Origin: Lingula anatina | Taxonomy: Eukaryota > Animalia > Brachiopoda | Direction: 5' to 3' | NCBI GenBank assembly: GCA_051362555.1 | Contig: CM120641.1 | Location: 9,672,001-9,736,000 of the forward strand | Length of the DNA: 64,000 nt | Shown here: in pieces, positions 30,001-41,358 of the stretch | How the letters are laid out: every line of letters begins with the position of its first letter | How positions within the stretch are numbered: the first letter of the stretch is position 1 | Notes under the pieces: generated by a model | The model's database searches: none | Told to the model about the DNA's origin: nothing | The model's input: the letters and a program-made list of their open reading frames with translations, nothing else | Program-made: the position numbers and the translations under genes

Positions 30001-31883
30001 AATCCATGGAAGTATAACTGGCGTGGAAGTATAACTGGGATGGTTAATCCTACAATCAACGTATTAAAGTCATTTTGTTTAGACAGTTTTTTTTTCACAA
30101 ACAATCTATTTCACATAAAAAAAGTTTGGCTGAGTAAAATAGAAAAGTGACCTGGAACACTACTGGGTATTAAAATGTAATATTACAAGCAAATGGTGCT
30201 TTCCTTCAGACTTTGGATCTCTCTCTCTCTTTTCTATGACGTAGTGATTAGAAATTGGGCGTCATAATTACCACTGATGTACACGTCGCCAACTTTTGAT
30301 GTCATATCAAGCTTTTCAGACAGGACACCCAATCATTCTAAATGAAAAAGCTTGTACGTGTTTAAGTGAGAGTTTACAGCAAAATAAACTAGTGAATAAA
30401 TAGACAGTAAATTGAAAAACCAAGAAGTAAACTATTTTATGACTGCATTATTACTCCCGTTTTTCTTTCCCTGTGTAAATTATGAACTAAAACTTTTTCA
30501 TGACATCACAGTCAAAACGTGCGACGTCATAATACAACTGCATTTCGGTACTTCACGGAGTTGAGAAGGATCGGATAATTATTCTGAGTGACAATGGCAA
30601 TTTTAGAGTTAATTGATGAGAAAAAAGGACTTTGGGGGAAACGTATTGATGAATTAAAATGTTTCATCAAGTCGAGAATTAAGATTCGTCTTAGGAGATG
30701 GTGCAATACTCGCAAGCAGGTATTAATTTCTAGTTATGTCTGTTTTATAATATAAGGCCCATCTTGTTACAGAAGGGAGAATATAATTAAGTTTTGAAAG
30801 TAAGTCGGAAATAGGTGGCATCCAGCATAATTTTGTGTTGAATCAAAGAAATAACTAATTTTTGTACGAGACACGATATGACTATATAATATGGTATTGC
30901 GCAAGGGATTAAATTTCATTTTAGTCTATTCTTTGATGCTCGCAATGCTCACCCATGTCAGTGTAAGCCTGCTTGTTTGTTTGTTTGTTTGTTTGAATGA
31001 GTATAAAAACGCGCTTGAGTATTAAAAACGCGCAGAGGAAATAACACATTCTAATCTTTTGCAGATTGTTATGATTTATACCTGGCGGGAGAAAAAAAAG
31101 ACGGAGTTTACAAATTTGAACTCAATGGAAGCCAAGACGCAATGGAGGCATACTGCGATATGGGCAGTGGGGGGTGGACTGTTGTACTACGGCGTTCGAC
31201 AGGAGACGAGGACTTTTTTCGAACTTGGAATGACTACAAACGCGGCTTCGGAGGTATGACGTTTTACATACATTGGTTATGTAAATCGGTTGATCAATGA
31301 TTTAGTATAGGAAAAATGAAAATTTGTGTTTAAAGTAAAAGTACAATCAATTTAAATTTTATCATAGATAACAAAGAAGGGCTTTCACAATTAAATCCAA
31401 TATTTCAACTTCATTTCTTTACTAGATCCAGAAGGAGACCACTGGCTAGGGAACGATGCAATCCACCAATTAACTAACCACAGACCGTACAAATTATACA
31501 TAGACATGATGGACTGGGAAGGCAACCAGGCATATGCAGAGTATTCACATTTCCAGCTGGAAGCCGAGGACCAGGGATATCGTCTCCGGGTGATGGGATA
31601 TAGAGGGACTGCTGGGGACGCGCTCTCTAAACACAACAACCAAATGTTTTCAACCAAAGACGTAGACAATGATGAAGTTGAAAAAACTTATGGAGGGAGT
31701 TGTGCTCGGCGGTTCAACGGCGCGTGGTGGTACTATAAATGTTACAAAGCCAACCTGAATGGAGTTTATTATGTTGGGGGGGAAGTGCCAGGTAATAGGT
31801 TTGATGGAATTGCTTGGAAACCGTGGAAAGGCATTAATTATTCACTGAAGAAAGTCATCATGAGGATCAAACCTTATGCGTAG
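27027..31883 (+). CDS. Secreted fibrinogen-related domain (FReD) protein with long Lys-rich/acidic region and coiled coil, about 1100 aa
   Basis: Exons: 27027-27073 (MRLFLLLVVMCLFFV signal peptide), 27294-29914 (open frame that includes the 775-aa ORF), 31065-31253 (DCYDLY...YCDMGSGGWTVVLRR...FFRTWNDYKRGFG) and 31426-31883 (HWLGNDAIH...FSTKDVDND...GAWWYYKCYKANLNG). All are GT-AG with matching phases. Confidence 0.9.
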
Positions 31884-32504
31884 ATTACGACGCACTGGTT
31901 TCTGGCAAATGGACCGCGTGAAAAGTGTTATTTTAAAGCTTTTCTTTCTTTTCACACAACAACAAAAAAAAATAAATATATAAATAAATAAAATAAAAAA
32001 GTTTTTATGCCTATATCGATGTATTTCTATGAACTATCATTGTTGTAAAAAATATAGGTTGAAACTTTTTTTCAGTTTGTCGATTGCAATAATCAAATTA
32101 TGGATAACAATTACTGAGGACATAAAAAATTGCGTTTTTAAAAAGTGCGTAAAGTGCGTTAAAAAATAAATGATGTTTTTACAATGAATGGAAGTTTCAG
32201 TTTTACATGTTTTTGATTCAAATATTGGTAAATTTTTTATTTTAATAAGTACCAGTTAATTATTCATTTTATGCTGTTGATAAAATTATCTCAACAATGA
32301 AGTTACATTTAATGGCTGGGATTTCAGAAATACGTCGGAAATGATCAATTCGGAAGGTTTTCCAACAACAACTAATGACTAATCAAAATTAGAAAAAAAA
32401 GATGTGTATTTAAAAAAGAACAAACCATCAGGAAAACAATGAAGGCAATTAATCAATTTTAATTTCAATTCTTTAATTGACAACAATTAAACACCTTTTT
32501 ACAC

Positions 32505-32584
32505 CCAGAAAGGGGTCACTGGCTAGGTAACGATACAATGCAGTAACTTTATCCATGGATAGTTCAAATCATACATAGGCATGA
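32505..32584 (+). pseudogene. Decayed partial duplicate of the last FReD exon
   Basis: ccagaaaggggtcactggctaggtaacgatacaatgca...atacataggcatga aligns to 31428-31510 ccagaaggagaccactggctagggaacgatgcaatcca...atacatagacatga. It has an in-frame TAA and indels. Confidence 0.75.
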
Positions 32585-32735
32585 ACAGGTTAACCGGTTC
32601 CTCCCCCCCCCCTCCCCCCAACACACATACACAACCATATAAATATTTGTTTCGTGGAAACGAAATTTTGATACCTAGCAAGTGGGAATCGTCTTGGGCC
32701 CCATTCAGAATAGGGGACTAATCTATATAGGCATA

Positions 32736-32862
32736 AAAAAGTTATGGACCGATTTTGATGAAATTTTCAGGAACTGTCAGAAGTGGGCCAAGGAACAGAT
32801 GTTTAATTTTTGGTGGTGATCCGGATCATAAATCAATCAATTATCAATAAATAATCAATAAT

Positions 32863-32913
<51 letters not shown>

Positions 32914-33012
32914 AAATCATTACAGAATGAAAATTGAGGGGTGAAACGGCATTGGGTAGAGACTTTGCTGCCTTGGCGGCCGGAGGTCTGCGCTCTCGGA
33001 GTGCTTTCTTAG
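32736..33012 (+). mobile_element. 5'-truncated Helentron-associated (HINE/DINE-like) non-autonomous element
   Basis: Contains aaaagttatggaccgattttgatgaaattttcagga...tttggtggtgatccggatc and the characteristic 3' end ccttggcgg..ggaggtctgcgctctcggagtgctttcttag. The family assignment is from recalled motif similarity. Confidence 0.6.
32864..32911. repeat. Poly-A tract inside the HINE-like element
   Basis: Directly visible. Confidence 0.9.
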
Positions 33013-33402
33013 TCTTTATCCTGCAAATATACTCATTCTTCTCTATTCAGACCTCAAAAACATACAAACTTTTAAAAACCCGCTAAAATAAAAAATACCT
33101 GATGTCGATATTTTTTTCTGAAATGTACTGGAAGACATGGCGATCTAATCGTCTAGACATAAACATTCTGACATTCAGAACCTAATTATTTAATTGGAAA
33201 TGGCATTTATAAAATACTAGAAATAGCTCCATGTGGTGGAACTTGTCGATCAATCGTTTGTGAGTAAGAAAAAATTGCTTTTATCTCGTGAAAAATTCGA
33301 TTCTTTGCGAAAATCCCGGATATGATAGGCCCCTACCTTTACACATAAAAGGTTTATTAGACTTTCAAACACTTCCCTTTTGCACTTACGATTTATATAC
33401 AT

Positions 33403-33595
33403 CAGTGGCAGATTTAGGGGGGGTCACGGCCCCAACTTCGATTTCTGAATAAAAAAATCACACCAAAGATCCCCTATTCAAATTAAAATTTTGACTTGCT
33501 GAATCATAGTTCTAAGCCGTACCAAAAGGTACCGTTTGACCTCTAAAATACCAAATTTTTTCGGGGCGTTTAGCAGGCCCCGAATCCCACGCCAA

Positions 33596-33670
<75 letters not shown>

Positions 33671-33733
33671 GGGGGAAGGGGGGAGGCTTCGCATCCGCGC
33701 CCCCCCCTTACAGAAATCCCGGATCTGCACCTG
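33403..33733. mobile_element. Degenerate non-autonomous DNA transposon with a long poly-G tract
   Basis: Ends cagtggcagattt and gaaatcccggatctgcacctg resemble the CAGGGGCGGATC terminal motif. No target duplication seen. Confidence 0.4.
33596..33669. repeat. Poly-G homopolymer (about 74 nt)
   Basis: Directly visible. Confidence 0.95.
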
Positions 33734-33927
33734 AACATGTACCAGCAAGGCACAAGGCACAATAAATAGGCCTATATACAGAGATGTAGGCCTACCATAG
33801 TAGGGGGGGGGGGTTACCAGTGCACTAGATTAGCCGCACTTTTCACATTTTCTACACGTACCTCCCTGATTTCAGCTTGCTGTAACACATTAAAATTTTT
33901 AAAGATTTCAACCCTTTTAATATATAA

Positions 33928-34011
33928 CAGGGGCGTTTTCTGACAGTCTTCCGTTGATCCGTTTTTCTATCCTACATTTTTGACGGCCTAAATCGTCTAA
34001 ATCCGCCCCTG
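33928..34011. mobile_element. Tiny MITE-like remnant
   Basis: Starts caggggcg, ends cgcccctg, with tataa on both flanks. Confidence 0.4.
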
Positions 34012-34453
34012 TATAATTAGGCCTACATCGCTTAAAAGTTTTTAAAAATCGGGCACACAAAATAATTTTTGTAGGCTATTATCCTTAAAAATCACAGATA
34101 TCAATTCTTATTACATTACTTTCTTCTGGAAGACGAGGTACAAATAGGCCCTATGTTGTTACACGTAGGTATATTTGATTTTTTAAAAATTCATTTATCA
34201 ATCTTTTGATTATTTTACATCAGGTGTTTTAAACGCCTAATCGACAGCATTTCTGTATTTTATTCAACGCAAGGAAGAGGTGTGTTAATCTGTTATATGC
34301 TGATTGCATTTAGCAAGAGTCAGTGAAGAGTCCTCTTAGTGCAGGTGGACTCTAAATTTTCGCACATGCGTAGACGTTTAAAGTAAGTGCTCGCTCATGG
34401 CCTCCTTTTCATCACAATACATTCTACACCTTAGATAACTCAGATAGAGGCTT

Positions 34454-34473
34454 ATGACGTAGAAGGAAATCCC
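34454..34473. promoter_or_regulatory. Adjacent CRE-like (TGACGTA) and kB-like (GGGATTTCC, minus strand) motifs
   Basis: Sequence atgacgtagaaggaaatccc, about 380 bp upstream of the ATG at 34851, in a CpG-containing region. Confidence 0.35.
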
Positions 34474-34850
34474 ACTTGTGTTACGTGCAAACTTTCCTGG
34501 TTCCATTATTTTCCTTGGTTTCGCTTGGTTTTTACGATTTCGATTGGTTTCGAAATCACACGACGAAATCACACATTGTATAAAGGAATACAAGATCTGT
34601 TTCTTGACCTTGAGAAACCGACGACAAAAGTCCAAAACGTGACGGTGCAGGATAATTAATGAAAGTTGTCTTAACGTTGTTCGTGCTGAAATCCAGCATC
34701 CGCTTTTAAGGATTTTCCAAGTGGCTCAAAGAAGTTTTTGATAATCTAATTTAACATCTGGTTACTGAAAAGTTATTCCAAGAAGGAACGTAGGTAAGTT
34801 AAATATAAAGAGAGGCCCAACACCCGGAATTATATGTGACACTGGCAGAC

Positions 34851-37800
34851 ATGGACCCACCTACTCAAGATCTAGAAACAGATTGTGGAGCTGTACCAAA
34901 GAAATCAGACAAAGGCAATGAGTCTCCAGAATCAACCAACATGACGCACTCTTCTTTGCCAGAGGGCTTACGCAAAAACCTGATGAATAACTTGCCGCAG
35001 GAAAGTAGTGTACAACTGTCAACCGAAAATCTTGTTAGTATACTTACAGAAAAAGATCAAGATTTGGCACAAGAAAAAGAGAAAGTGAAACAACTCAAAG
35101 AAGCTCTAGAAAGGACAGAGAACAGAATGGCAAATATCATGAAAGTTCAGCTCAATCTTTCCCAAGAATTTCACAGCTTACCATTGAAATTGGACTCTGG
35201 GAAAAGTGGCACTTCTGATGAAAATCAAACTGACAGTACACTAAGACCAAGGGGATTGGCAGATGCCAATGAAGGACAGACAGAAAGCATGGCAAATATG
35301 ACATCCCAGCTTGTACTGACACCTGGGATTTCAAAAACAATGTTTGACAATGTTGTAAGGGAGAATGTTAAAATGAAGAAAACCGTACGAGAACTGTTGA
35401 AAAAGGAAGGAATGGATGTAAAAATGTTCATGGTACGAAAAATTTGACATTTGAAGAAGGAAGTATTTAAAGCTACATGCAATATTCAGTTTTGAAATTT
35501 GTGATGGAAATATTTTGTAAAATATTTAGATAAAGAAACCAGTAATGTAGAATTTATATTGGACATCAAGAAGCCTACCTCCTTCCTTTCATACATAAAC
35601 CTGTGGCAAATCTTGGGAAATTAAAGTTTTTATTTAAAACTGCATTGAGAGGAGGAATCTGGATGGGAATTGGCCAAATTTTTTATGACAGAAACAAAAT
35701 GCTGCAGTTGATAAGGAACCTCCCTGTCTTCTTAAAAAGATTTATGGAGGAATATTCAGTTAAAAATACTCCTCAAAAAATAACTTAGGCAGATTAGTTA
35801 TTGTGGCTATGATTTTATACATAATTATTATTTGCTTGGCAGGTCATTTTATGATTTTACAAAGATGAGTTGTATAAAATATTTAACCATTATCTGCTTT
35901 AGGAGACAAGAGAATTGGAGGAGGTAATTAAAAAACTTAGAGAAGACTTGTTTCAGAAGCAAGGCCAGGTAGACCAACTAGAGAGGTTAATTCAGAACAG
36001 CAGCGATGAGCAATCCCCGGCTTTGCTACAACAACTAACTGAACTCCAGCTCAAGGTACTATCCTGTTACTTTTGCCTTTTAAAAAAGTTCTTACAATTT
36101 TATGGACAGTTTCTATGACTTGTTTGTTAAAATGCCTGTTCAAATCATCTGATGTGATTGTTTTGCATTTGAGTTTTTATTTAATTATATTATATCAACA
36201 TAGTTGGTATGTTCACATAAGTTTTGGAATAGAGAGAATAAGGAATGTTGGCATAAAAATTGACATTTTTATATTAAATTTTTTGTATAGTTTTAACTAT
36301 TGAATTAATGTATTAAAATATATGTTTATATTTTTATAGGTACCTAAACTGGAAAAGGGTCTAGCAGCCAAGTCTCAGCTTGTTGACAGCCTTAGCCAGG
36401 AATGTGATAAATTGCGAGGAGTTTGTACACAACTAAAATCTAAGGCCGACTCTCTTGAAGTAGAAAACCAGAAACTTCAAAGTCAAATCTCTTCCACTCC
36501 TAGGCAGGTAAGGACACAATACGTTAAACTCTTAATCTAGTCTACATACCAACAGAATTTTTAAGATACTTTTTGAAAGCAGTAAAACATAACAAACACT
36601 TGTATCTGTGACTTCTGTTCTACAAAAGTGTTTGTTTGAATCACAAGGTATTGAAATAAATATTGAAATTAAGGTTTCAATGTGATGTTTATGACAATCA
36701 AATATCAATAATTTATACATTTAAGTTGTAAACAATTTTATGAAAAATTTTGAAAATGTATACAATGTTATGTGTGTTTAGTATTTATTTTACTGCATTG
36801 TAGAATGTAGAAGAACTGGGTAGACAGAGGCAAGAGTTCCAGCAAGTGTTGGAAAATTACCGAAAAGAAATTGGAAATCTACAGGGTCATCTCAAACAAG
36901 AAATAATAGCACGGGAAAAATTGCAACTTCAGTGTCAGGTATGCTCAGTCATTTTGTAGATTTTATGGAGAAAGATATTAATATATTTTTGTTTGTGGTT
37001 AATAGGGGAAAGTAAACAGTTAAAATGAACATTCCTCAGATGGTGTTTTTTATTGAACAGCCATTAAGAACTTAAGAAATTGTTTTAATAGCCAAAATGA
37101 ATATAATTGTGCAAGGCTGGATTAAGATAATTTGGAACATTTGTTAACATGGGGTGAATTTTTTGGATGGTGACCATTAAGAGTTGCCTTGTATGTGTGG
37201 GTTTAGAAGTCGTTGCCATGAAAACATGTTACTTTTAATACGTGATATGTATTAAATTTTTTCATTTTTTAAAACTATAAAAAAATATTTATTTTTACTC
37301 TTATATAGGAATATGCAGCAAGTTACCAAGAGTTACAAGCTCGTCAGCCAGCAGGCAACATGCCCCTCAGTCACATTGAATTGAGAGAACAAATTACACA
37401 GCTTGAACAAGAAAGGGACTTGTTGCACTATGAACTGAAAAAAACAATGGAAGAAAAAAGTCTTATAGAAACTCAGGTTTGTAACTAGAATGCAAACTAA
37501 TTGTGATGACCTCCAATAAGCTCCTTTTCATCTCTGTTTGAAAGTCGGTTCTTTAGGTATTTTTTTAAGGTCAAGATGGTAATTGAGTTGTTTAATTTTA
37601 TCTAAAATGACACATAAATACCCAAAGAAAAATGTTGAAATTAGTCGACTAAAATGATTTATTGTCAGTGTTGATGTTAAATTTTGTATTTATTTATAGA
37701 ATGAATTTTTCCGTGAAGATTTTGCTACTGAACAAAGAGAAAAACAGAAGCAGAAGCAAAAATACGAACTCTTCATCAGCCAACAGCAGATGCAGATCAG

Positions 37801-38222
37801 ACAGTTAATAACAGAAGTATGTTTATTTACTTGTAACTTCCATTAAATTGAAGACATATTAAAAAACTTATTTAGTTATCATAATATCGTCTCATTTGTA
37901 CTCTTAATTGTAAATATCTGTTGGGTTTATGAAATATGTGCGAGTTACACAATCGTTATACCATTTTCAGAATGAAAAATTCCACAAACACATCCAAGAA
38001 CTAAGTAAAAGCAAGAACAAACAGTCAGCACCCTATATGGCAGGATGCAGTGCTGCTATTTCCTCTCCGTTGCCTTTAAACACAAACAGGGAAGTAATGG
38101 CAGATGGACCCGGTAACATGCAACAGGAAGAGGAAGTGGAATTAGAGTGTCCCAGATGCATGAGGCAGTTTACAGACTATCACAAATTTACAGAACATAC
38201 ACAAAAGTGCACAGATTCTTAA
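34851..38222 (+). CDS. Coiled-coil protein with UBAN-like motif and C-terminal CCHC zinc finger (TNIP/ABIN/NEMO/optineurin family-like)
   Basis: Phase-0 exons 34851-35432, 35903-36055, 36340-36507, 36804-36938, 37309-37476, 37700-37816 and 37971-38222. Contains LIETQNEFFREDFATEQREK and ends LECPRCMRQFTDYHKFTEHTQKCTDS. Confidence 0.75.
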
Positions 38223-39014
38223 AGTTAATATTGTTATAATTCAAATGAGTATGCAAGTGTCAAACTGCTCAATTTACTTTGGGAATTGTCAAGAAATGAA
38301 AAAATAAATGCATAGCCTTGCCCAACATATAGTGGAAGAGCCAGAATTCTAACACATCAAACAGGATGTCTTTAACTGGTCAAAACAGATCTGTTATTTT
38401 AATGACGAACATAGGGCATTATGTATATTTTAGTGCTTTCAGACTTGACTGCAGACAGTTATCAATAATGTATCTTTTAGTGCCTCACTGTCACCTCCGG
38501 TTAATTGTTTTCATTTTCTATTTGTAGGAAATGTTAAAATGTTCCAAGAGACCCACTGAAAAGGGCACTTTAAAATTATACATATCCATTTACTTTAGTT
38601 GTGATTTATATGCCTGTCATCAAACATATCAAAATTCAATGGTGCTACCCTAACATTAAGGTGTTTGTTATTTGTTAATGCTGCTGAGCTTTCAAAATAA
38701 AGTTCGTTACCTACATGATTCTTTTGTTGTAGATTGAATTTTTGTAAACCCCTTAATGGGTAGAGTTTTCAGTAATTCATTCAAAAGTCATTTGTAGGAA
38801 CCACGCATTTTCCATGAAATTGGTTTTGAAAATAATTTGCCAAGTACCTAATTTTTGGTCACAGTTTTGAGTTGTAAGACACTACGGTCTTCAGTGTTTA
38901 GTTTTATTTACTTTTGCTGCATCCATACATAACTTTATCTCCTTGCTCAGGCTAGATATGAATACGTACTTGGTCCAATGGATTATTCTTAAAAAATACA
39001 TAATGTGAAAAAAA

Positions 39015-39660
39015 AACTAGAGGATCAGAGAGGCAGTACCGCCTCCGGATATTATACCACGACCTGGAGCAACTGCATTCATACAGAAAACAAAAAAACA
39101 AGTTCAATAGTAACTAATGGCATATCTCTGCCAGTTTTGGAGACATAAGGGCCTGAAAATTTAGTTCAGTTCTTGGTGAAAAGTAGGTCAAAGGTCAATT
39201 TCAAGGTCACAGATTGCATGTATACGACTTTCTATTCCAGTTCAATAATAACTATGGGCATATCTCTGCCAGTGTTGGAGTATTTCACATTTTATTTTCA
39301 ACACTGAATGTTGCAACGTTGTACTTTTTGATATAGCGCAACTCCTAAACCATATGGAAAACAAGAAAATGGACACCACTTCTGGTATTGCGCTTGACAT
39401 GCTCTACAAAATGCAAAAAAAAAAAACAAGAGGTATCTAGCACTTACAGTTCCAGAATTAGCATTTTCAGTTTCGGCATCTAATGGCTGCTTCTACGGGC
39501 ATCACGCCTAGGCCAATGCACCAACTGAGACAAAAAAACGGAGTTCAAGTTGAGATTATATGTGACCTAAATCCAAGAGATGTCCTTGCCGTCCAGGAGG
39601 AGAAGCGGCAATGATGACTTGTATCTGGCACCAGATCGTGCAGCGGGAGGAGCCGAACAA
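39015..39660 (-). mobile_element. Helentron/HINE-like interspersed repeat
   Basis: Begins aactagaggatcagagaggcagtaccgcctcc next to an A-run, contains ggtcaaaggtca and an internal duplication gttcaata(g/a)taacta..ggcatatctctgccagt (about 39102 and 39240). CpG-richer than the flanks. Right boundary approximate. Confidence 0.5.
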
Positions 39661-40327
39661 GACAGGCTGGGACTAAAACCATGGGCAGGCCAGCATTTAA
39701 GCTAATTATTCAAATGAGTTAAATTAAAGTTCAACAAGTTAAAGTCAAACAACATTTTGCAATTTACTCAATTTCTTAATTTGTTTTTTAAAAGCAGGAA
39801 ATAACAATTACAAGCAAAACCAACTTTTATTTTTAAACCAATTTTGACCAAAATGGTTATCTTGGCCACTCAATGCTCTTTTTGACAACATGGCAGACAT
39901 CTGGACATAAACATTTGGTACCGATTTGTTAAAATGGATCAACAATATTAATTACGTGGTAATATTTTGCGTTTCGCTTTTTTCTGGCACTTGACTTTTT
40001 CCCACTGTTTACTCACACCCAGTAATTTTTCTAGTGTACTGTGCTGTATCATGCACTTAAATATAAGCGTATGGGCTATGGGTACAATTACCAATTCTTA
40101 AAATGAATGCAAAACATTGGCAACTGTGACCTAGTTGATATGTCTTCATATTTTTTTTAATAAAAAAGGCCATACTTACAATGGGTTAAAATTATTAGAA
40201 GGGGAAAATTTTTTCACAAGAATATTTGACAAAGAGCAGGTGCAGTTTGCAGTGTCAAAATTTTACATGATTTTTATTCACTTTGCCCATAATAAAAAAA
40301 AATGGCATACAGCCAATAAATTATTAC

Positions 40328-40489
40328 CAGTGTTCGAAATTAACGCTGGACTGTCTGCCTGGGGTCGACAACTTTCGGCACAGGACGAGAAGTTTTCCCA
40401 CTCGTCAGACATTCAGTCCAGCTACTTTTCAAGATGGCTGGACCTTTGGTCCAGCAACTACAAGTAATTTTCCTAAGTGGCAAACACTG
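40328..40489. mobile_element. hAT-like MITE with perfect 8-bp target-site duplication
   Basis: attattac|cagtgtt ... aacactg|attattac (TSD at 40320-40327 and 40490-40497). Confidence 0.8.
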
Positions 40490-40883
40490 ATTATTACACA
40501 TCAAAATCTTATATTATTTAACAGTGTCAGTTTTAAACATTCTTACTCTTTGAAAATGTTCCGACATATAATTTCAATAACAATATTAAACCTTCTGCAT
40601 CATTAAAATCAAGCAAGACCAGCATCTTGCTTCCATAAAAAATGGTTAAAAATCTTTTGACATTAAAATAGCATAATCACTGGCAGATGTGTCTTATTTT
40701 TTGCAATGTGACTGAGTAATAAGACTGATAATGACTAGAGCTATACATTACAAAAGTGTAAACAACATATTTTGCAAAATGACTAGAAAATTGGCAAACA
40801 ACATTGGCTACATGCAATAGGTGTAATTTTTATCTACTTCTCAGTTTCAACTTTTGGTAGTATACTTAAACAAAGACTGGGTT

Positions 40884-41118
40884 CCCATTCCTAGATCGAT
40901 CCATCTGGATTGGTCTATCTCCCTGGGGAGTCTCACTAAATTGCTATCAACTTAACCACCTTAAATGTCTGTCAAGCCTACCGAATCAGCTAAGGCGTAA
41001 AGATAATTACCCCCTAACAACTTTACTAGGCCTGACAACTTTACTAACTAGTTAAGTTGATAGCAATTTAGTGAGACTCCCCAGGGAGATAGATCGAACC
41101 AAATATCTGTGGGAATGG
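40884..41118. mobile_element. Palindromic MITE, copy 1
   Basis: Perfect 43-bp inverted repeat at 40914-40956 / 41051-41093, ends ccattcc...ggaatgg. Related to 45206-45420. Confidence 0.8.
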
Positions 41119-41358
41119 TATGTAAGTACTAGATACAACATGTATTGTCCACTGTCTGTGATATACAAGAGTGCAATTATCCAGGTGTATCCTCACTAAA
41201 AACGCATTGAAGTGTATTCAAATACAAGCCATCACACACCTCTTGTAAGTGAAATACACGTCAGAATATATCAACATTCATTTTAGGCAGAACTAAAATA
41301 GTGGTACTGTAGTGCAAGAGGAAGACGTCAAAGTAGTGTCTCATAACAGTCCCCCTTT

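Noticed and set aside
30008-31033. Short duplications (ggaagtataactgg twice; gagtat(t)aaaaacgcgc twice)
   Set aside because: Two-copy slippage duplications in an intron. No CRISPR-like repeat-spacer structure.
33478-33769. Poly-Pro and poly-Gly ORFs
   Set aside because: Artefacts of the poly-G homopolymer.
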